Shown: one piece after another, positions 49,331 to 59,670 of the stretch | How the letters are laid out: each line of letters starts with the position of its first letter | Position numbering within the stretch: the stretch's first letter is position 1 | Source: Marsupella aquatica | Taxonomy: Eukaryota > Plantae > Marchantiophyta | Direction: 5' to 3' | DNA length: 64,000 nt | Assembly (NCBI GenBank): GCA_973895155.1 | Contig: OZ316892.1 | Location: forward strand, 1,925,223-1,989,222 | Notes under the pieces: generated by a model | What the model was told of the DNA's origin: nothing | Seen by the model: the letters and a program-made list of their open reading frames with translations, nothing else | Databases searched by the model: none | Program-made: the position numbers and the translations under genes

Positions 49331-50660
49331 TTGCTGCTACGGCCAATGACATTCATGCACATGCGAACCGAGGCCAACGCCTACTCCTTTGCCCACCGCA
49401 AAAATGGGCCCTCATTACAACTTGAAGTTGAACGGAGTTTATTTGAGTACGAGAGAAGTTCTGAAAGCAAATGCACTCTCAGGTCAAATTTTCAGGTCCT
49501 TCGAGCAAAAAATTACTGAGTATGTCATCGATCCGTTGGTTTCACAACTTCTCTCGTACTCAAATAAACTCTGTTCAACTTCAAGTAGCGTAGCTGCTAC
49601 GACCAATGACATTCATGCGCATGCAAACCGAGGCCAACGCCTCTACATTTGCCTACCCCAAAAATGGGCCCTGATTAGAACTTGAAGTTGAACAGAGTTT
49701 TTTTCATTATGAGAAGGTTTATTCAAGCAATGGCACTCTCAGGTCAATATTTCAGGTCCTCCTGACTTTGTTATTATTGAATATGTTCGTGCTATGTTGC
49801 TTGAATAAATCTTCTGATAATGAAATGAACTGACCAATTACTGGAGTACGGCTACTACGGCCTATGACATTAATTTGCACAATTGCATGTTTATATCCTC
49901 TCCTTTCCGAATTCCAATTCGAGCTTGGACATCCTCTCGTCAGCTGGTCTCCACCATTGCAGTTGCTCTTCACGCAAACCAAGATAGCAGTCTCTAGAAT
50001 CCTCGAACCTATTTTATTTCAATGCATCATTCATAGTGTTTGAGGAATCCAGAGGTTCGCGTGAGGAGCAACTGAAAGGGTGGAGACCTGCTGACGAGAG
50101 GGTGTCCAAGCTCGAATTGGAATTTGGACAGGAGAGGATATAAACGGGTGAACTTTGACTTGAAATTGGTGACTGTATTTTGCGTCTGCATATCAATTTG
50201 GTGACCGATCTTGCGGAATCCCCGTGACCGTGTCTGATCATCATCATGACATTGCTCTCCTTGGCCACCAATGGGCCCTCATTACAACTTCAAGTTGAAC
50301 GGGGTTTATATGATTATGAGAAGGTTACTGATCATGTAGGCGATGTGTTCATTTCACAACTTCTCTCATAGTCATATAAACTCTGCCCAACTTCAAGTAG
50401 TGCAGCTGCTACGGTCAACGACATTCACCCACCCCAAAAATGGGCCCTCATTACAACTTCAAGTTCAACTAAATTTATTTTATTACGAGAAGGTTTATTC
50501 AAGCAATGACATTCTCAGGTCCAATAATGAGGTCCTCTCGAACTCATTATTATTGAATATGACGGTGCTCTATTGCTGGACTAAATCTTCGCATAGTGAA
50601 ATGAACTAACCAATTAATGGAGGGGGCTAGTATGGACTACGGCTGCTATGGCCAACAACA
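49331..50660. repeat. Internal repeat array of the transposon (~170-260-bp units)
   Basis: gctgctacg..caa.gacattca...aaaaatgggccct.attacaactt.aagtt recurs at 49331 and 49591 (260-bp period) and partially at ~50270 and ~50400. Confidence 0.85.
49889..50145 (+). ncRNA. Long fold-back hairpin, pre-miRNA/hpRNA-like
   Basis: Arms 49889-49980 and 50054-50145 (92 nt each) are reverse complements with 8 differences by manual alignment. An inner stem 49992-50008/50038-50054 follows a bulge. Four differences are G:U-compatible on the + strand. Expression is unknown. Confidence 0.6.
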
Positions 50661-50894
50661 AGGTACTTTGAAATAGTCAGTGTTGGAGATTTGGAAAACA
50701 TGTTGCGTTGGTGTGTCTCTATGGCATTCTCAAATGCAAATACAAATAAATTATTCAATCATTGTACAATAATAAACACACTGCAAGACAATACAATCAT
50801 GTTACAAAAAATATAATTGTTTATAATTTTGTCTATGTCAGATACGACAATATAAGAGTAGCAACACTTGATATTATCCTAATGAAAAGATGCT

Positions 50895-53801
50895 TCAAGG
50901 CTGTGAAGAGAAATTTCGTGCATTGTTGTTAAGATTTTTGCACAAAAGCGCATTCCACTCGTCTTGTTTGTCGCCCCAACTGAGTGGATCACGATTGTGT
51001 GACTGAACATTGTGCGATGTTTCTTGAAATGATGATATTCCTCGAAACCCACCAAGGCCAATAGGCCTGTTCGACGTATATGGATTCATGACACTTGGCC
51101 CTGCATACGCATTCAAGGGTGGACCTGCATGGTGTTGCCAGTTTGCATGTGGGTCGTTTGAAGTTTGACCTTCATGATTGTTGTATCCATGAAAAAAGGT
51201 TGATGTCCTTCCATTCGTCGAATGCCCTGCTGTGCCTGTGCGTTGCTCGTTGAAATATGGTCTGCTTGTGTCAACATCATTCGCAAAGTTCGACCAAGGT
51301 GACCTTGGTTGGGAAGGCATCACAAAGTTTCTGTCCAGTGATGCATCTTCCTCGTCTTGGATTTGCGATTCATCAATTGTAGGATACATCTCCAAATCCA
51401 TTTCATTCTCCCATTCCTCTGCAGCAGTGATGTCTGTATCTGGTGGAATACGAGTCAACAACTCACTATCCTTATCCAGTGAAAATCCGTGTAGCAATTC
51501 ATCAGCATCATCAATTGTATCATAATCTTCGACATCTTCTTCACCAAGAGCCGCACGTGTTGCATCGTACTCTTCATTGCTGCACAACTCCATGGAGATA
51601 GGTCTAGGTCCATCATTTGTTCTTCTTCTTTGGTCATAACGTTCATATATAAACGTATGCGGGTTTCGAACATTTGTGAGCCCTTTCTCTACCCTCATGT
51701 TTGTAAATACAAACACCAAATCTTTTGCTCGATCATTTGTCAATCGATTGTGACTTTTGGAATGTATAAATCCATACGAACTCCAGTTTCGCTCGCAAGC
51801 TGATGCACACACTTTTTGGTGTAAGATTCTTCGCGCCAGGATTCTCAAATATTTATAATCTGCACCATACGCATGCCACCACTCTGCTGGACTGACATTA
51901 CCTATACTTGATTGGGCGGCTCCCATCGCTATTGATGTGTTGGGATTTTTTTTTGGGGCGTCAATGGCTTGACTGTGGATGGCAGAAATAAGTTCTCTGA
52001 CGTCGCGATCATGGTTGATCCCCTCCTTCACCTGTTGTTCTGAATATCTAGCAATGTATTCACTGAAACCCCTGTAGAGTTCTGGATCTCCAGCGACATC
52101 TATGTCCTCATCAAAAAACATTTGGGGATTGAGATATGCTGCCGCTAGCATGAAATCAGTGGTAAGAGATTTTTTTCGATCCAAATACACTTTTAGTATC
52201 TTTGGTTTCAATACCTCTATTACCAATGGACAATCCTCCATGCTTGCTTTCAAAACATCAATCCCTATTTTCAAACTCCAATACAACCAACCTGATTGCG
52301 GAGAATCACCATCAAATTCTCGCAACATCTTGACCAACGGAGTAAAGAATTTAACTGTATCCTTCACTTCAACCCAAAATGTATCTTGCTGTATCCACAT
52401 TTTAAGTTCGTCTGCCTTTCCCCTCGTCATGTGTCCAGCTGATTTTGGTCGCAATGGAAGTCTATCACGATAAGACTGCCAATTATCATCAATGACCATC
52501 TGTTGTAAAGCTCCTCTTAGCTCCAACGCTCTTTGTGCCATTAGGAAATTGGTCGCAAATCTAGTTGCATTTGGACTCAACAGTTTTTTGTCAGGAGATT
52601 TTCTTGCAAATATTGCAGAAAGCTTTTGCGATGATGAAACTGCTTTTACTATCCACCTCAACCGTTTAAAAATCTTTTGGAATGGATTCTGTCCAGCATC
52701 ATCTAGCACTACACGCTTGTGACCACACATATCCTCTAGCAGCAAATTAAACACGTGGGTAGCACACCAGCTCCAAGTGACATGAGGATACTTTTTCATG
52801 ACTACCTCACAACCTGCTACGCGATTTGCGGGTGCTCCATCAGTTACAATTTGAATAATATGATCTGCACCAATATCCTCAATGTATTTCAACCACATGT
52901 CGCCAAGATATTTCCCATCTTTCTTGTCAGCTTGCGCAGCATTCCAACTATCCAAGAAGAAGTCACCTTTAGAAGTCAACAACATGACATTCATCAAAGG
53001 TTCTCTTTGGACGTTTTCCCATCCATCTGAAGAAAGAGAATACCCATAAGGTTTTGCCTCCTTTAAAGTTTGCGTCATGTTCTTTGTGAGATCCTCCTTA
53101 CTGTCTTCCAATAATTTCAATCGCAAACTTCGCATCGTAGGTAGAGAATAACCATTGACAATCCCTTTTGAAGTCTCTATGACTGCTTCTTGAAAAAAAG
53201 GATTATTTGAAACATTGAATGGAATACCACTGGTGTAGAAAGCTTTCGCCCAAAGCTTATCCAAATTTGTTCTATTTGGAATTTGATAGGCATCCATAAT
53301 TGGGTTAGGAAGATTTACTGGCCTATCTCCTTCCCTTACATGTGTATCATCCATGTCAACATAGTTTGACCCTCGTGTGGATGCTTGCGAATATGAACTT
53401 CCAACGCTTGGCCTACGACCTCTCACATCCCGCAAGATATGACTTCCATCTCGTCGTTTGTACTTTAAGGTCGGTGGAACCTTTATCACATTGTACATAA
53501 TGTTGATGGCATCCAAATCGACGACACCATAGAGTTGCATGCAAGGGGGCGCATCCCCTTTTTGGATGTTTCCCATCAAATGCGCCTTTGCTCGTGTTGC
53601 ATGATGAGTAACGTATGTTAAACAATACTTGCATCTTCGATAGATACGATTGACATCATGACATGTTGAAGGCGCATCACATCGTTCAAAATATCTCCAC
53701 ACTGGAGATTGTTTTGAAGGGTGTTCTTGCACACGAGTTGGACCAGGCCTGGGAGTAGTGGAATGATATCCAGTTTCATGCGAATCCTCTTCATCGGACA
53801 T
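50895..53801 (-). CDS. hAT transposase (BED zinc finger, DUF659, hATC dimerisation domain)
   Basis: First ATG at 53801 gives 968 aa. BED finger WRYF...CKYC...HATRAKAHL. Catalytic residues in SSDGW, VTDGA and ACERNWS, plus CATH (CxxH) and PAEWWHAYG...LARRIL. No internal stop. Confidence 0.95.
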   Translation of the reverse strand: MSDEEDSHETGYHSTTPRPGPTRVQEHPSKQSPVWRYFERCDAPSTCHDVNRIYRRCKYCLTYVTHHATRAKAHLMGNIQKGDAPPCMQLYGVVDLDAINIMYNVIKVPPTLKYKRRDGSHILRDVRGRRPSVGSSYSQASTRGSNYVDMDDTHVREGDRPVNLPNPIMDAYQIPNRTNLDKLWAKAFYTSGIPFNVSNNPFFQEAVIETSKGIVNGYSLPTMRSLRLKLLEDSKEDLTKNMTQTLKEAKPYGYSLSSDGWENVQREPLMNVMLLTSKGDFFLDSWNAAQADKKDGKYLGDMWLKYIEDIGADHIIQIVTDGAPANRVAGCEVVMKKYPHVTWSWCATHVFNLLLEDMCGHKRVVLDDAGQNPFQKIFKRLRWIVKAVSSSQKLSAIFARKSPDKKLLSPNATRFATNFLMAQRALELRGALQQMVIDDNWQSYRDRLPLRPKSAGHMTRGKADELKMWIQQDTFWVEVKDTVKFFTPLVKMLREFDGDSPQSGWLYWSLKIGIDVLKASMEDCPLVIEVLKPKILKVYLDRKKSLTTDFMLAAAYLNPQMFFDEDIDVAGDPELYRGFSEYIARYSEQQVKEGINHDRDVRELISAIHSQAIDAPKKNPNTSIAMGAAQSSIGNVSPAEWWHAYGADYKYLRILARRILHQKVCASACERNWSSYGFIHSKSHNRLTNDRAKDLVFVFTNMRVEKGLTNVRNPHTFIYERYDQRRRTNDGPRPISMELCSNEEYDATRAALGEEDVEDYDTIDDADELLHGFSLDKDSELLTRIPPDTDITAAEEWENEMDLEMYPTIDESQIQDEEDASLDRNFVMPSQPRSPWSNFANDVDTSRPYFNEQRTGTAGHSTNGRTSTFFHGYNNHEGQTSNDPHANWQHHAGPPLNAYAGPSVMNPYTSNRPIGLGGFRGISSFQETSHNVQSHNRDPLSWGDKQDEWNALLCKNLNNNARNFSSQP

Positions 53802-54374
53802 TGTTACGACTCTCAATGGTAAAAAAATAAAAGGGTTGATTCTTTTGATTTTGTGAATATAACAAATATAGTACAATGGGTTACTTTCCTGAATTATCGC
53901 AGACTGGGCCTAAGCTCAAAGCATGCGCAGGAAAGTTTCCCAAATTCTTATATTTGTCAACATCCCTACTTCAACCTATGTTATGTAATATCTATAACTT
54001 CACAATAGTTTATCTTTGAAGTGAACATATGTACGAGAAATAGTGATACCCATATGAAATGTCATAGACCGAGCCAAAGCTCTAAGCATATGCACATGGG
54101 TATCTCTTTACTCGCAAGTAGTTCACTTTCAAACAAAACAATGATGCAAAGTTGTTAAGGCGATATAAGGAACTTCTCGTACGAATTATCGCAGACCGAG
54201 CCGAGCTCAAAGCATGCGCGTACAAGAGTTCCAATGTATCCCTCCGATCTCTCCCTAATGCTAAACCACAAGAGAGAGAAACACAATGAGACTTTGGATT
54301 AGTGAAATGAATTAGTTATTCCTACTTATACTAAATCATCTACTTTTTATCCTCTCTTAAAACTCTTAATCTTT

Positions 54375-54985
54375 GATCCTAACCCTAATTGCGCCTCCCT
54401 TAACCCTAATCTCGCGCCCCTAACCCTAATCCCGCCTCTAACTCTTCCCCGGCCACCAATTCCCGAGCCCCGTCCCCGAACCCCGCACCCCGTTCCCCGA
54501 ACCCCGTTCCCCGCATCCCCGAACCCCCTACCCGAACCCCCTTCCCCGAACCCCCTACCTCGTTCCCCGAACCCCGTTCCCCGAACCCCGTTCCCCAAAT
54601 CCCCGAATCCCGGCCCCCCTTTCCCGCCCCCCCTTCCCTGGTTCCCCGAATCCTCTTCCCCGAATGCCCCCCGTCCCCGGTTCCCCGAATCCCGTCCCCC
54701 GGGCCACCTTTACCCCGGCCGGCCCCGGAAGGGTCCGGGCAGGGTTCGGGTGGGGGTCCGGGGAGGGTTTGGGTGGGGGTCCGTGGAGGGTCCGGGAAAG
54801 GCCCGAGAGTCCGGGGAGTGTTCGGGGGAGGGTCCGGCGAGGTTCCGGGAAAGGCCCGGGAGGGTCCGGGGAGGGTCCGGGAAGGGCCCGGGAGTCCGGG
54901 TTCGGGTCAGGGGGAGTTCGGGTTCAGGTCCGGGGTGCTCGGGAGGTGTTCGCGAAAGGTCCGGGGAAGTCGGGGTTCGTTCGGG
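54375..54985. repeat. Right subterminal region: telobox-like taaccctaat repeats, then C-rich CCCGAACCCC array switching to G-rich GGGTCCGG array
   Basis: taaccctaat x3 in 54379-54430, ccgaacccc units in 54470-54700, strand switch near 54715, then gggtccgg/gggttcgg units to ~54980. Confidence 0.9.
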
Positions 54986-55467
54986 AGAATCTTCAGGAAT
55001 ATACGTCAAATTGCGTGTTTTCGGGCCGTCATTTGACGATTTGACGTGCCCGACAAGGCGTCAAGGTGCCCGTCAGATTAAACCGGGAGCCAAATCCTGG
55101 GAAAGCTTGTTCATTGGATATCGTCTGCCACTTCCTACGCAGAGGATCGCTTTCCAACTCTAAGAGGATTATTTTAGTATGTCTATTAAGATTGTCCCTC
55201 ACCGTGTATAAACCCTGTGTAAACCTCTGTGACTTTTGCATCCTGTTACGACAGAGTGAAGATCTTAGAAGGACAGAGCACATCTCCAGTTGGAATTTCG
55301 AGGTCTAGGCCAGTCACTTGGAGATTCAACTATTAACCCTGGAAAAATGATCACAATTTATTCACCTCCAGTGAACTCGTGAGGGACTACTCATCAGCCC
55401 TCAGTTATCGGCCTACATTCTACTGTGCTTCACTGCAGTAGTCATCCAGCCACTTCACGTTTCCATT

Positions 55468-55613
55468 GGAGAAAGGCAAAGTGGGCAAATAATAGTATGC
55501 ACCTTGATTCTTGCGATTGAACTAAAATACCTGGAGTTGCAATTTAACTAAAATGCAGCCAATAAGTTAGAAAGGCAATGGCTTTCCAGATAATGCCCAA
55601 GCAGATAGCATAG
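55468..55613 (-). repeat. Inverted partial copy of repeat family C
   Basis: gaaaggcaaagtgggcaaataatagtatg.accttgat...aactaaaatgcagccaata...caatggctttccagat.atgcccaagcagatagcatagc is the reverse complement of the 36.0-36.5 kb unit. Confidence 0.8.
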
Positions 55614-56290
55614 CCGCAGAGGCAGAGGCAGAGGGTTGAAGCAAGCATTTTGTCCCGCTGCGGATAAGGGCCTCAGAATAATGAAGGGCGTGCGGGAGAG
55701 CGTTCGCTCATCGCTCATCGTCAGACATGGGCGTGCGGGAGAGTCTCCTCCTACATTGCTCAACTCCTTCCTTCTGTGGAGACGAAGCTCAGCTGAACGG
55801 GCACGAGAGTCTCCTCCATCGCCCAGCTTCTTGTGGTGTGGAGACGTGAGGAGAGCAGACGCTCAGAAGCTGTGAGCTTCTTGTGGTGTGGAGATGTGAG
55901 GAGAGCAGACACCGAGTCAGACAGTGAGTGAGTATACAGTAGGAGTCGACGAGGATTCGGGCGAACTGCTTGTCCTTTTGGTTGTTGCTTGCGTGCTCTC
56001 TCGCAGATTGCTTGCTTAGATACATACAATCCGCGGTGACATCAACACTTGTCGTCGTCATTTCCGGATTGGAGAGTTGGAGAGGTGGAGTGAGCCATCG
56101 GCCCTGTTTTCTTTTGGTCTGCTTGTGTTGTGGAGAGTGTCGGTCGCGAGTGTTGCGCTTCTGGGTTACAGCTTGCGGATGTGTGTTTGTGTAGTCCCCT
56201 GTGCTTGCTTTTCAGGAGAGGTCTAGGGAGGGAGAGGGTTTCAGGAACGCGACGGCATTGTGTCGGAGGAAAAGGGGAGGGCGCATCAAA

Positions 56291-57934
56291 ATGGCGTTGA
56301 GACACTTCGCAGCTCAAACAGCCACTGCGCTGAAGGTGCGATGTACTCCGAGGATTCATTCCGGATTCTCTGTACCGCTCTTTCGATCGATGTCGACTGG
56401 TACGCTTTCACACTCTCACAATCACAACTCAGCCGCTTGGTTTCTTCAGTATCTGGCAGGCTTCCAGAGGACATCCTTGTAATGCATGGCCTTCCTCTGT
56501 AGTATCGTTGAGGAGTGCATTCTGCCAAAGGAAGTCTTCCTGTACCGGTGAGCCGGTTGCAGAGGGGATTCCTGCTTGTTTTACACTTGGCGAGGTTTCC
56601 ACGTCTTGAAGAAACGCCAAAATGAAATCCCTGAGGCCAACTGTCCCTGTTGGGTCTCGGATCCATCTTGATTTTGGAGCATTTAAACTGCATTGCACAT
56701 GAGCGAGAATGCGGCATACCGTTCATGGAGCTTAGAGCCTGTCTTGCAAGAGTTAGGACCATATGTTCTGTTAGCACACATCTGTAAGGCTGTATGCAAC
56801 TTTTACAGTATGTACCCTCAGTGTTCTCTCTTTTGAAATTAACGAAGTATTCGTCGCGACAGTGATTCTTCAGTACTTCGCTATGGGACTCGCAAGGAGC
56901 ATGCGATTTAGATGTAGAGGGCATCAAGATACGTTTTGTGTCGCGCACATTCATGTTTTCTGCGGGAGTTTCCGGTTTTTTCCTTGGAGTCTAGTGCGTT
57001 CATACGAAATTTTGTTGTCTCTTTGCACAGTTCTCGAGAATCTGAAGTATGCACCTTCTCACGAATGGGTCAGAGTGGAAGGAGACGTCGCTTATGTCGG
57101 CATCACCGATCACGCTCAGGTAGGTACATGTCTTTATGGAGGACTTGCCTCGACAGTTCGCGGCAGCTGTGGATGGGAGGAAGCCTAATCTTAGGAAGCC
57201 TAATTTCAGGGAAATGTTCACGTGTCGTGTGCGACTTATCGAAATCTGCTGTCATTGCAATCCTTTTTGGGCTTGCGTATTCATTTCTGTCGAACCACTG
57301 GTATTCGCTGTCCATCAGATTGGTGGAGTGAGTGGGAATTTATTATCGTTTCACAATGCCCTTGTCTAATCTCTGATATTACCCGGAACCTGCAGACTGA
57401 GCTCGGAGATGTCGTCCATGTCGAAGTGAAGATGGCAATAGACGAGAAGGTGACCAAGGGTTCCCCTTTCGCAGTTGTCGAGAGTGTCAAAGCAGCTAGC
57501 GATGTATACGCCCCCATATCCGGCACTATCGTCGAGATCAATGACACCCTTGATGGTAGCAAAAGCCCCGAGCTGGTGAGTTACACTATCTTTGCGATGA
57601 GTTCTGGGCTGATGCTGACGACAATATCCCCTACAGAGCCTCGCTTTGATATTTCTTGCTAGCTTGCAGGGCTCCTGGAATTGGAACCGTTTGTGCGAGA
57701 TTTTGTCTGGATCCTGTTTAGAGAATTTATGCAAGGGTTCAACAACAGTCGGAAAGAGATGTGGGCGTTATTTGAGTCATGTTTTGACATTCTTGGTATC
57801 TTGACGTGCAGGTGAATAAAAGTCCATTCGAAGAAGGATGGTTCGCGAAAATCAAGTTGACGAATCCTTCAGAACTTGATACTCTCTTGGCACCCAAGGC
57901 ATATGAGGACCATGTTGCAGCTACTGCTCATTAG
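56291..57934 (+). CDS. GDCH: Glycine cleavage system H protein, mitochondrial; exons 56291-56399, 57031-57119, 57396-57575, 57812-57934
   Basis: Transit peptide [16 protein letters not shown]...FRSMST, then [18 protein letters not shown]|TELGDVV, lipoyl-lysine motif [16 protein letters not shown] and [10 protein letters not shown]. All three introns are GT-AG and in phase. Confidence 0.95.
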
Positions 57935-59209
57935 GGGCATAACGCAGGCCAGGCAGGGCAGAGGCAATACATTCACTACTGTCTGGTGAACTGAGCAGCA
58001 GTTAACAGGGAGTGCTGGGCTCATTGTGTTCCCCGGTCATGTTTTGTCGAACAGATGAACACGACGAAGGATGCATTGAACGTGCCCCTCTGTTTGGCTT
58101 CTCCACGACGGTAGAGTACGTTTGTTCCCTTAGGTTCTTACTCCCTTAACGTTGCTCATAATTTGGTCCTCAATTTTCTAAGGGTAGCCCAAGATGGCCG
58201 TCGTTCGCATGATCTTCTTGTACATTTTAACTCTAGCTCCTTTTCCTTCTGCCAGAGCTCCAAGACCAGCTCTCTAGTCACATCGTCAGATGCCTGGCAG
58301 TCTTATATGCCCTTTCATTGGGCAAGTTTCTGCTACTACAGTTCATTGTTCAAGTCTTTGGTCATCTCAAGACCAGAGACTCGACTATTTGTTGTGATTA
58401 ACTAAAAATCGAAGTGCATGCTGAAGTAGTTCTTCTTTAAATTTCAATTCGCACTAATCAGGGGACAATTGAAGTCAACCACAGAGACAGCACAGAATGG
58501 GATTCTAATCAAGTGCAAATTGTTAAGCAATTGTTGCATTGGTAAGCTTTTTTCATCTCTGGAGGGACAGGATGATCTGATTGGGAATTATATGAGCTCG
58601 TGACAGTAGCAGGTCTATGGAAAGATGGCAAGTCTTCCTCACCCAATGTATCACTGGGAGAAGTTTAACTCGTCTGGGTGCAACGGTGGCTTTGTGAATG
58701 GAAAGAACACCAGAAATCTTTTTATTCAGCCTCTTTGTTTTTCGAGTTCTGGGGATTTATGACTCCCTGCGAAGGCGTTGGAGTCCTTTCCTTTCCTTCT
58801 GGTATATTGGGAATACTCTTCTATGGATGTACAGTACACGTGAACTTGTACCTTGAATGTAAATTATGATCATTTCATAATTTATGATCAAAAGCCAGCC
58901 AGACCATACAAATGAATCCACATTCCTGAATGAGTAGAAGTGGGCCCCTCCTTCACTGCGCCAGGTAACCAGAATGGATCCCTTTTATCTAATCCATTAC
59001 AGAAATACAAAAATCCATTACAGTGCAAAGACCTGAGAAGAATCGCACGCAAGAAAGTATTTCCCATCACACTTATGTGTCTAACATGCTTTTCATGTGG
59101 AAGAGCTTTGATTTGAATTAATGTAGATGAATCATTTAATTTGCGGGGGGAATTATTCTCTACTTATTAAGGGCACTAATAATTCACAATGGGAAGCTAG
59201 TCTTAAGGC

Positions 59210-59670
59210 CCATGATCTAGAGTGAAGCCTCTAGGCCGGAACTCAATACAAACTAGTTACAAACAAAATTGTCAAGGAGTCTTAATAAGGACAATGAGAA
59301 GCTCCTATGATCTAGAGTGAAGCCTCTAGGCTGAACTCAATACAAACTAGTTACAAACAAAATTGTCAAGGAGTCTTAATAAGGACAATGAGAAGCTCCT
59401 GTTACGGCCTGTGGTCTAGAGTGAAGCTTCTAGGCTGGAACTCTCAATACAAAACAAAATTGAATTGCTGATGAACTGTAATCTAGAGTGAAGCTTCTAG
59501 GCTGGAACTCTCAATAACAAAATTGAATTGCTGTGGTCTAGAGTGAAGCTTCTAGGCTGGAACTCTCAATACAAACAAAATTGAATTGCTGATGAACTGT
59601 AATCTAGAGTGAAGCTTCTAGGCTGGAACTCTCAATACAAACAAAATTGAATTGCTGATGAACTCTCCAT
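59210..59670. repeat. Tandem array of repeat family B (tctagagtgaagc(c/t)tctaggc units)
   Basis: Six tctagagtgaagc.tctaggc starts at ~59217, 59311, 59415, 59482, 59537 and 59603. Confidence 0.88.

Larger units (their letters stand above)
43681..55087. mobile_element. Intact 11.4-kb autonomous hAT DNA transposon with cargo genes
   Basis: Terminal inverted repeats CCCGGTTT (43681-88) and AAACCGGG (55080-87). Perfect 8-bp TSD AGCCAAAT at 43673-80 and 55088-95. GC-rich subterminal repeats at both ends and an uninterrupted hAT transposase ORF. Confidence 0.93.

Noticed and set aside
50088-50112. Resemblance of tgacgagagggtgtcc to miR535/miR156-type sequences
   Set aside because: Only a short partial similarity, not enough to assign a known miRNA family.
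49331-50660. Possible CRISPR-like repeat-spacer array
   Set aside because: Units are long, degenerate and irregularly spaced, the context is eukaryotic, and there are no cas genes.
54379-54430. Telomeric repeat or chromosome end
   Set aside because: Only three spaced taaccctaat motifs, consistent with telobox-like promoter elements and not a (TTTAGGG)n array.
56286-56954. 222-aa minus-strand ORF
   Set aside because: Antisense to GDCH exon 1 and intron 1, with no recognisable motifs.
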